Under the pieces are notes generated by a model. It saw nothing but the letters and a program-made list of their open reading frames with translations. It did no database searches and was not told where the DNA came from. From Epiperipatus broadwayi (taxonomy: Eukaryota > Animalia > Onychophora): a stretch of DNA of 64,000 bases. Shown here in pieces: positions 54,101-64,000 of the stretch. The DNA lies in assembly GCA_028023455.1 (NCBI GenBank), contig JAQFVV010000008.1, forward strand, positions 7,998,001-8,062,000, given 5' to 3'. The number at the start of each line of letters is the position of its first letter. Within the stretch, counting starts at the first letter, position 1. The translations under genes and the position numbers were made by a program.

Positions 54101-55030
54101 TAAATCTAAGAAGGACAAAGCATATTTGAGGGGTAATTACAGATAAAACATTAAAAATATGCTTTGAGAATATCTCTGTGGCTAGTTCCTATGATGTATG
54201 AGTTACATATATAGATAGTTATAATTTATAACTAGAATGGAGCAAACTACAATTTTAACTAGACCACTACTGATTATTATAATACTAATACCCAAAGTTA
54301 ATCAGTAAAATAATAACATAATCACGAAACACCAAGTGAAAAAAATAATAATTCAATTATTTAATATTTATTATAGCGAAGGTCTGAAATTATCTTTGCA
54401 GAGCAATAAGCTAAAATTATATTTATAATTACTCATGGTTTCGAGTTATTTGGCATATGAAATACGTATAATATTACAATGATAAAATTATAGAAGAAAT
54501 TGAATAGATCAAAACTAGGCATAAAAGACCGCAGAAAATTATACATTTAGTTTAAAATAGATTATCATAATTTTACATTTTAAGAGAGGATTTAATATTA
54601 CAAGTTTTACAATCAGACAAGATTCAAACATTAGCATTTAACAGCTTTCTTTGCAGATTTTAGAAAAAGTGTTTGTAAAGGCAGGTTTAATAAATAGCTA
54701 GCTTTAAAATAAAGAATTGAGAGTCACAGTTTATGAATAGAGCTCTGAGTGAAAATTTACCTGTCAGTTGTCTTCATTGCATTTCTGGGCATTTGGGACG
54801 ATAATAAGTTGACACTTTTCGGAATGATTTAACATTAATGGAGGGTCTTCCATGTGCTGCTTGGCTGAGGTATGGCTCATTGTGTTTTGTCGGACCAAAG
54901 TTCTTTCCCCCTCCAGCAGAAGAGAGGTGAGTGATTGCCTACTTTACCCCATCATTTTAAAAATAAAAAGAATATGGATATAGTTTACAATTCACTTATT
55001 AAATATATATAACTCTCCTCTTTGGTCACA
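51200..55030. other. Unclassified higher-complexity segment, possibly an LTR or other TE derivative
   Basis: More CpG than the flanks, TATAAAAGGGG at about 51290 followed by cagt-rich sequence, and a stop-interrupted ORF-like frame on the minus strand near 52450-52700. No paired LTRs were found by eye. Confidence 0.3.
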
Positions 55031-55689
55031 AAATTTGAAATATTTATATTTTTCTTAACCCTGGCCACCTGGTTATTTTTACAAGCTTCACCATAGTTGA
55101 AAAACCCAACTTTATTTTAGAAAAACATTTAATTGCTAAAACTAATTTAGATTTTGTTTTTCTACCTTTTTTTCCCCTGTAGTTTATTATCACAACTCTA
55201 TAAAATTTTGAGAATTGTCATTAAAATTTTGGAATTATAAAATCAAGTTTACGCTATTTTAAGATTATTGAGTGATCTAATTTAAAGGTTGTTTACAAGT
55301 AAAACTAAAGGCTGCTTTTATAATTAGTATAAAACTAATTTTATTACTATATATATAGAATAACAAGTCAGGACTGCAGTCTATATACATATGTGATTTC
55401 AATAAAATAACCATAAAATTGACTAAAAATTTAGACTAAAATATTTCTTAAACTAGAAATCTTTTAAAATGAACACATATCTGTAATATATACATATATT
55501 ATTAAATTATAGACTTACCATTCACATATATATGTGCAATCCCGCATATATAGTAAGTTATGGTTGTTTAAATGGGTACTCTGAGAGGATTTAAACCTGG
55601 AATAGAGATAGGTGTGTTGGTAAAATATGTGAAACACACAGGTAGATGAAACTGACAGTTTCATAAGCAGCATTCCATTTTACATGGGC

Positions 55690-56800
55690 TCATTTGTGAT
55701 AAAGAATGCCTTACAAAACAAGCGTAAAGAAAATGCCACTTACCAACTCTTTCTCCCAAGCTTATCTCTTCCTTTATGCTAAAATTCACCTATTTAATAT
55801 ATTTATAATGACTAAGATTGCATATTATTTGCCTATTGTTAAATTTTCAAAATCATTTAATTCTGTCATCTCATCCCTCTGCAACAAGCTGCTATGGGGC
55901 AGAAAAGACAGTTTTAATCTTAGCTAAGAGCCCACCCATTAATGGTCTGGGCCTTCACAATAACCAATCATTCTATATCCAAAAATCCATAAATTCAGCT
56001 GCATCAATTTTTCAAAAGTTCACAGCACTCCAATCGCTGCTACAGGTAATCCTCTGATAGACCTCCCCTGCTCACCACACTTTACCAGTTAACTGATCAC
56101 ATCAGCATCCAATCATATGCCTTACTATATCTGGCAACCAACAAAGATTTTCCTTCTCCCATGCTTGGTGTCAATAACTGCCAACTACTTCACTCTTCAA
56201 AAGATGGTCCCTGGAGCCTAAATTTTTAGATTTCCTAGTTCATCTTAATCTACATGCACTGTTGACATCTCATTTTCTCTGGTATCACCACCTTTACAAA
56301 AATATAAATCCATTCTGCACCAGAGGAAACTCAATAACACCTCTTCCAGCAGTGTCAAACCCTCAAGCAAATCAGGACTATCATGTTAAATACATATAGA
56401 TGACCAGTTACATCTGTACAACAGCTAATTCAATCCTATCAGAAGACACATACCCACAGCACATGCAACAAATTTTACCCTGTATGCCTTCTGTTGCATT
56501 TTCTGTATCTTTACCATTGGCAACAACACCATATTCATCAATAACCTCCAACAAATTAATGCCTGGGACAACAATACTGCATCCCTAGAGATTTTTGCTG
56601 TCACCTGGTCCAACAAAACAACCATCCAATTTATTATGGTCATAGTCCAACAAGAACTACATTGAATAGCATTCAATGGTGCCATCCATTACTCTCAATA
56701 TAGTTCCCCTCTCTAACTGCCTTCAATACCATTCACCACCCGACTACAGAATTTCCATCTATCATAAACCACCAACTGCTTACCATATGTAATTCTACTC
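55690..56800 (+). mobile_element. I-clade LINE 3' remnant (RT C-terminus and probable RNase H region)
   Basis: YGAEKTVLILAK...INSAASIFQKFTALQSLLQVI...SPAHHTL resembles WGA....L..LY......SA....L.KL...Q..ALR.I.G...SP...L. Confidence 0.6.
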
Positions 56801-58362
56801 AGAATTGACTTCGTTCTCCGTACATTACCTTAACTTGATTTCATATCACATGGATTATAAATTATCTCCCTATTGTATGCCAAGACTGCCAGATTTTACA
56901 ATCTTGGGTCATATCTATTTATCTGTGAAGTTGAGTTTTATATTGAACTGTTTTTTTAAGACATTAATGATTAAATTTGATATTCATCTCCAAAACTAGG
57001 AGCTGCATTTGTAAAAAGTATACCTTGCAACCTGATTAATGTTACCCTTAAAATTAATCTATACAAAAATCTGCACAACATGTTTGCACCTGTAATTCGT
57101 ACAATCACAATTATGTAATGCTATATATAACTCAAAGGATTCATAAAGATTATTGTTGAAACAAAATATTATTTATTTTTAGACTTGAATTTCTTTTTTT
57201 AAAAATTAGAATTTTTTTTCATAATATTCTTTCTTTATTATTTTGCCAAATGTGTCATCTTGAATAGCAATGTGTGAATAAGCAAATACTGAGTAATCTT
57301 TTAGATTTATATCTGTTTACTTTAATGTCTGGAGACCTTGAATTATTCACTACTACATAAAAATAATTTTAGTGTAGTAAGCAGTAATCCTGTTTTATAA
57401 TTGCAAATTAAATGTATGCTAAAGAAGTTATGTGATATCTTGTTCTGATATATAGTACCACTTATAGACCTTCATTAATCACTTTTACAATGCAAATTTA
57501 TTTCTTGATATTTTCTTAAAGTTTTAGCTGACCAACAATCTTCATAAAAGTTACAATATTCTTATTTTGAGTATTAATGAAGCCAAAGATCAATTATAAT
57601 GTGATTAGCAGTACATATATCATTTAACAGTATTATATATTCATTTAATTTTATTGATTATGTATCTTAATGATGCAAAATATTCACTGAATTTTATTCT
57701 ATAGCTTTGAAAAATTGAATAGTTTTAAGACTTATGGTTGTCGGTGTGGCAAAATACCATCCACAAAGATCTAGTGCTATTGTTTGTCATATTGCCCTGT
57801 TGCTTTACTTTACCTGACTTCCAGTAGTGAACTAAACCTACATACAAATATTTAAGATTACTGATTTTTATTTTTTATACCCCCACGTAAACTTTTTTTA
57901 TACAGATTTTTTCACTTTAATCTTTTTCTCATAATAAAACATTTTTTGCTTCATAATTTAAAATTTAAGAAAAGTTTTATATTTTAATGTTCATGTATTA
58001 GTTCGCCATTGATTTTATATAATTTTTAATTTGACACAAAAGTAATCATAAGGGAATTTTTCGTTTTATCTTGTTATCTTTATCTTGAAAAATACATTTA
58101 TTGTTTATTTATAAGCAACAATGACATTCAGAATAAATTATAATCGGTTGATATATACAAAAAAAAATCGAGACAAAAACTTTGCATATAAATCTGAATA
58201 TTTGTATTGCAGACTGCATTCATTTTAATTTTATGAAGCAAGTAAATATAGGAAATTTGTACCTTTTTTTCAGTACAGGTATTTCATCCTTTACATTTTA
58301 ATATGCCCCGAGCTGTGTTTATTTGTAATGTCTAAATTGGAAAATGGATAACTTATTATTTC

Positions 58363-58478
58363 AGTATTCTTCTAACATGAAAAGTAAAAAATATGTCATT
58401 GGCACTTCAAAATTTTATAAAAATGGCATTCAGAAGTGCCAATGACATATTTTTTACTTTTCATGTTAGAAGAATACT
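58363..58478. repeat. Perfect 46-bp inverted repeat with 24-nt loop
   Basis: 58363-58408 is the exact reverse complement of 58433-58478. Confidence 0.95.
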
Positions 58479-58899
58479 AACAACTTATATACTATATATG
58501 AAAAAAACTGAGAATAATTTGCTGATATTCTTAGTTTTGAATATTTCATTATAATGTAAAACATTTCTTGTATTTGAAAGCTATCAAGTAAAATCGAAAT
58601 CTTACAATCTTACACATACTACATGATCATTATTTATTGTAAAATAAATATATTGGAATGTATATATCAACTTGGGCAAATTGAATGATTTATTAGGAAT
58701 ATGTACACATTTTTATGATCATTAAGTACATGAATTCTACTATCTAAGATTTTTTAATAATTGTCAGTTTGTTTTTCATGCTTTCTTTACTTAATATATA
58801 TATAAATATTTCCCCCAACATAAATAAAATATTCATTCTTAAAATATTTCATGGGTAGTATTAGAAATTTAGCTAAAATTCTTCAATATTTTAATAAAT

Positions 58900-60300
58900 A
58901 TAGTTTATTGTTCTGGAGTATTTGCCCAAGTTCCCAAAGAGTTCAACTGTGATTTGATCATTGGATTGGGGCTACTGTGTCACTCATCTTTGTGGTCTTG
59001 AGGACTGAGCCTGTTGCTTGGAGAGCTCCCAGGGCTTGCTTCCTGATCTTGGAGGGGGACTGGTATGTGGGTGTATTGGGTTTTAGTATGGGCTTCAGAT
59101 GAGAGAGTCTGGAACTTTGGAAGATTCCTGGGGCCTGAACTCTGGTTCGTACAGGGGGGCTAGGATGTGAAGTGCTATGGGGATTATTACGGGTTTCATC
59201 TTTCTCATCTTCAGGGCAGTGGAGATGATGTGATGCATTGTGGTTTTAATCTCTTTGTTCTCTATATGATTCATAGGTTGGTTATTAGATTATGTGATAA
59301 TCTGTAGATGGCATATGATATAAACATGTGAGATTTACATTTTTGATTAGTGCTGCAGCATTGCTTGTCTTGGCTGTGAAGATGAGAGAATCTCGTGCTT
59401 GGGTGATTCAGGCCAGAAAGTTCTACTATGGTTTAAACTTCAAATCGAGGCTGCTGTATCACTCATTCCTGCCATCTGGATGGCAGATTCTGGTACTTGG
59501 AAGGTCTCACAAGCCTGGGTTTTGGAGGGGATCTGGATGCTGTGGGGATTAGTAAGAGCATTGGATGAGAGAGTCTGAGCTTTGGAAATACCCCAAGGCC
59601 TGGTTCCTAGTTCTTAGGAGGGGGACTGGGACATGGGTGATGCAAGGATTAGTACGGGTTTTCACTTTCTCGTCTGGATGGTGGGGATGATGTGATTCTT
59701 GATAGCTGTGATCTACCTAGTTGCCATTAAGGCCAGAAGTTACTTGGTAAACTATGAGAGAAAAGCTATGAATGGCAAGATATATGCATATACAATTCAG
59801 GGTTTTTCTGTTCACTTGGTAAATCAAGTTCTGCATTGTAAATCATAGTTTGAATCTTGTATATCACTACATATCACATGTAAATTCAAAGATTAATATT
59901 ATGTTAATAAATCATATTTTGAGAGAAAAAAAATTTGCCCATTGGAATTGATAGAATAGGAGTTGTAATTCATGGAACTTGACTTGAAGAGACTGCCTCT
60001 CTTTCGATGTGCTAAACCATGTGGCTCATTATTTTAATAAGCTTATATATATTGTGGTTAATGCTTTGTAGCCTTACTGTGAAGTTTTGGACTGCAGTTA
60101 TTGAATCTCTGAATTTGATTATTGTATATCAAAACTTTCAATATAGTCTAATTGACACATTTTTTTCATGCTTCTTTACAGTCTTTATGCTTTACAGATT
60201 ATAGTCAATATGCTTTCTCTGTTAGTCTTATCCAATCTGTATGGGATCTAATGAATCAATCTTCTATTTCATCTTACATTCAAAAATTGTAATTGTCCTT
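58900..60300 (-). mobile_element. Decayed LINE (Jockey/CR1/L2-like) with an internal ~475-bp-period direct repeat
   Basis: RT-like WFSTSKERQSLQV near 59960-60030. G-rich blocks at about 59045-59240 and 59520-59700 are direct copies of each other. Confidence 0.55.
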
Positions 60301-60644
60301 CAGTTATAATCTATTACTCATTTTTGGTGCTTATTTATATTAGCATTTTTCACCTAAGTATCTACCTACCAACAGATCACTTCTAATAATATACATTTTC
60401 TAAAGCTTTTTTTTTTTTTTTTTGCAGCAAATGGAATCTAAATTCTGTTAAATCAAAACTTATAGCCCTTTCTTCTTTATTAATATGTTGATAAATAATT
60501 AAACTGAAATTTATATTTTATTTTATTTTTATTTTCTGTTAAAAAAAAAAAAATTTAATAATTTGATATATTGCATTTTATATGAATATAAAAGCAAATC
60601 TTAGTAATACCCTTCTTTTAGATTAATTACTTATGTTTGAATAG

Positions 60645-60694
60645 ATGGTTCTGAAATAGAGCGATGTGATGTGGATTGCTGCTGGGGAATGAAG
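60645..60694 (+). CDS. Candidate 50-nt coding exon (xGSEIERCDVDCCWGMK), gene unassigned
   Basis: GC-richer island after the acceptor ttatgtttgaatAG. Only the phase-1 frame is open, and it may end at a non-canonical AAG|GCAAAT donor. It is phase-compatible with clarin exon 1, but I do not recognise the peptide. Confidence 0.3.
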
Positions 60695-63600
60695 GCAAAT
60701 ATTTTGCTGAGTCATTTGTTATTTTTGATTACATTTTTTTCCAAAAAAGTTGAAAGTATTTGCAGTTACATTAAGGCTAAAGAAACAGATTTATAGTTGT
60801 TAATCTAGTTTCATGTGGGTTCAAAACCTTAGACTATTTGAAATTTTCAAGCCATTAGCCTGATAATATTATATGAATAAAAGATTGTCTATTATTTATT
60901 CATGCTTGCATAGTTCTGGAGTAAACTGTTATATGATATGGATAAAGGTCTCTTAATTATTATAAATAAAATTACATCTGTATGTCCCTAAACTTAGATG
61001 CCGATAGTCTTATATTTATGATTTAAGTAAATCAAGCCTTTAAATAGCTAATTTCCGAGTGAAAACCTCTTAATAATCACCCATAGAAGACAGAAAGGAA
61101 GACAGCACTATAGATGGACTTTTTCCCTCATAGAAAAATGATCCAGATTTGAATTCACATAGACATTAAAAGTGAATGCACTACTGTTATATCTCAAAGT
61201 TCTTCTTATATTTAGACTTTTGAACTTAAATCATTTTAATTATCATTTAAATTACAGAATGTATTTTAATTTATTAAAAAAAAGTGATTTTGATTTGAAA
61301 ACTCAACAGAATATTTTTAACTAAATTACTATCAGTGATGTAATTGGTCTCCATGTGTATACTTGTGTTTCACTGAGAGTACTTTCAATAATATATTATT
61401 TTTTTGCTTAAAATATTGTTTAATCTATTTCTAAAATTAAATCAATATTAATTTATTACTTTCCATCTAAATTCATTCTATCTTCTTGTTTTGTTTTGTT
61501 GTTTGGTTTTTTTTTTGTAAAATCGTTCAAAATTTAATTAATTAAAATGCAAAAATTCTCGTTGCCCAACAAAGATATTGCCATTAGTGATTCATAAAAG
61601 AACAGCAAAGGAAAGATATTACTTTCCATCCTTATCAGTTCCTGGATGGTAAAAGTTTCTCTATCTTTTTTCTAAGAATAACTAAATCTTTATTTATTAA
61701 TCAATATTATATTGTTAGCTGGATTGAGTATAGGGTTGTGTCCTAAATAAAACAATTTATTTAGAATATTTTTTAAAAAATTTATTGTAAGAAAATATAA
61801 ATATATTATTCCAGCATTATATTATCGTATTAATGATTAATAAGTTAATATTATAACAAGTCATCCCTATGGCAGATTAATGAGGCTCTTATATATACTT
61901 ATATACTATCATTATATTCATATTTTATATGCACTAGTTAGAAATGTTATTTTTTTCTAGCAGGTCAAATTTTAAAATCATATTATACTTTTTCTATTTT
62001 TTCTCTCTCTGTTCTCTGTCTGATTTTCTCTGTCTCCCTCTTCTTCTTTCTCGTGTTTGGAGACTTCTTTCCTTATGATTGAGAACTAAAGTATTAGAAA
62101 GCCCATAGTTGACTAACATGATGAAAATGGTTTTCAATATAAATTTTAAATTACTAGCAATCAATGGAAAAATAGGATTTAATCTGACTCATGTGTAATT
62201 GCCATTTACTCTCATGTGGAAGAGAATTATAGGTTGGAAAGTTATGCTAGCTAGTATTAAATAAGACATTCTAAGAAACATTAAAATATATATTGGCGCT
62301 AATGATAAATAATTTTAAATAATTTATTTAGAAAAATGAGCAATAAATTTGATTTTATTAGACAAAATCTTTTTTTTTTTTTTACTCATATTTAATTCCA
62401 TTTGTTTAACTAATTGCATATCTATTTCTTATGCTATAAACTATAGAAAATAAAAGAAAAAATGTTTATTATATGTCATAAAATCAATATCAGCCCCTAG
62501 TAATCATATTAATAGTGTCTTAACATGATCCCTTAAAAACTATAGTTTCTAGATTGCTCAAATGCAATTTTTATATTGTGAATAGATTCATCTATTTCTT
62601 ATTCTCTTTTTTTTTAATTACTATCGTTTACAAGCTTTATATGTGTTGATGATGAATTGGATCATTCTCATTTAATCAAAATAGAACAATTTCACTCTTA
62701 TTATTTATTCTTTAAATGAAACTTCAAATCCAATATGGATTATTTAGCTAATTGTTTTTCTTGCTATTCTTAAAATTTTAAAAATTCTTCACCAACATCG
62801 CAATTCAAAAGTCTATTACTATAATAAAAATCTTATCAATTTTAAATGCTTTTATTTAAGTTACAATCTCTGTTTGTTTGTTTATAAACATTTGTAATCA
62901 GTTTTATTTAAGTTGAAATAAAATTTTAAAATCAAGATTCAATAGATTTAAATTCAATACAATTTGTTGAAATTTAGTACATTTCTTCTAAATCACTACC
63001 AAAGTGATCTGCTTTAGTGGGGGGGGGGGGATTTCAAATATTTTGATATCAAATTGAAAAGTCATTTTTAGAAGTTTAATATTTTAAATAAAGCCTGTGA
63101 GAGGATTGTTTAGTTTTTTTTTTGTTTCACTTAAAAGCTTGATTAAAGTTATAATAACATATTAAATGAAGCTTTTAGTAGGTTTAAATTCAATATAATT
63201 TATTGGAATTTGACACATTTTTTCTAAATCATTATCAAAGCAATATGGCATTAAAATATTTAGGTAGGTGATCTAGTTTTTTAGATCTGGGCCACTGGGC
63301 AAAGGAAATTTTGAATATTTTAATATCAAGTTTAAAAGTCATTCTTATAATTCCAAAATGCTTTAAATAATGTGCACATTTTTTTTGGTTTCAATTGAAA
63401 GCTTAAATTTAATTTAGAAAAAGTTAGTTTACAATATAATTTTACTAAGCTTTTTTTTTTAAAAAAAAAAAACTTTTCAAATAAAAAAAAAAGTCAAACA
63501 TTTTTCAACAGAAAATATTTTGTCATTTAATATTTTATTATACAATATATAATTATGCATACATATTAAATGGATATGCAGAAGTATACATATTAACTAA

Positions 63601-63767
63601 TTGCAGAAATATCTAGTAATATATATATAAACTATAAGTGTCATATCAATTTAACATGCAATATAGTTTTACATTTTTATTCACCATATGCTAAAAAGCA
63701 AAAAAATAAATATTTATTCAACCACAATTGGGGTTTTTACATTTAACTTGAAATAAAAGCTAGGGGG

Positions 63768-63820
63768 GAGGGGTCCAGAAATTAATTAAGAGATTGACCT
63801 AATTAATTTCTGGATCCCTC
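63768..63820. repeat. 21-bp hairpin (one mismatch, 11-nt loop)
   Basis: GAGGGGTCCAGAAATTAATTA agagattgacc TAATTAATTTCTGGATCCCTC. Confidence 0.85.
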
Positions 63821-64000
63821 ATGCTTTTATTTCATGTTAAATATAAAATAACTATTTAGTAGTTGAAGAAACAATTATCCTTTTGCTTTTTAGTGCATAG
63901 TAAATAAAAGCATTTAATATAAAAATTATCACTATTTATTCCTTTGTCAACTTTTTCATCCTTAGATAGTTAAGTACAGAAAATATCACTGTCTAATTCT

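Noticed and set aside
54917-54926. 10-nt (or 7-nt) microexon-like signal in the clarin sense orientation
   Set aside because: Not frame-preserving and within a probable TE; no supporting coding evidence.
22305-60204. Remaining short ORF-track entries (60-120 aa)
   Set aside because: They are low-complexity AT-rich chance ORFs or fragments of the LINE remnants listed, with no splice or homology support.

Overview
AT-rich eukaryotic genomic DNA, probably from an arthropod (inferred from the clarin and BRD8 sequence style). I found no prokaryotic features, CRISPR array, rRNA or intact tRNA. Two host genes lie head-to-head with ATGs about 355 bp apart: BRD8 on the minus strand (16-nt coding exon 1 at 38599-38614, exon 2 at 9286-9376, about 29 kb intron) and a clarin-family gene on the plus strand (exon 1 at 38969-39212). 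The rest is intron packed with transposable elements: a decayed pogo/Tigger element, a Merlin (IS1595-like) element with TIRs and an 8-bp TSD, a Tigger-type MITE, RTE, CR1/Jockey, L1/Tx1 and I-clade LINE remnants, tRNA-derived SINE heads and a Penelope GIY-YIG remnant. The most striking signal, absent from the ORF track, is a set of non-coding hammerhead-ribozyme (HHR) elements. Family R1 has a ~456-nt monomer and five insertions, four with 14-bp TSDs and all built as an inverted plus a direct copy, with one apparently intact HHR at 28024-28065. Family R2 has at least five loci and a different HHR. Four further solitary HHR remnants are present. Together they look like retrozyme or non-autonomous Penelope-derived systems. 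All alignments and folds were done by eye.
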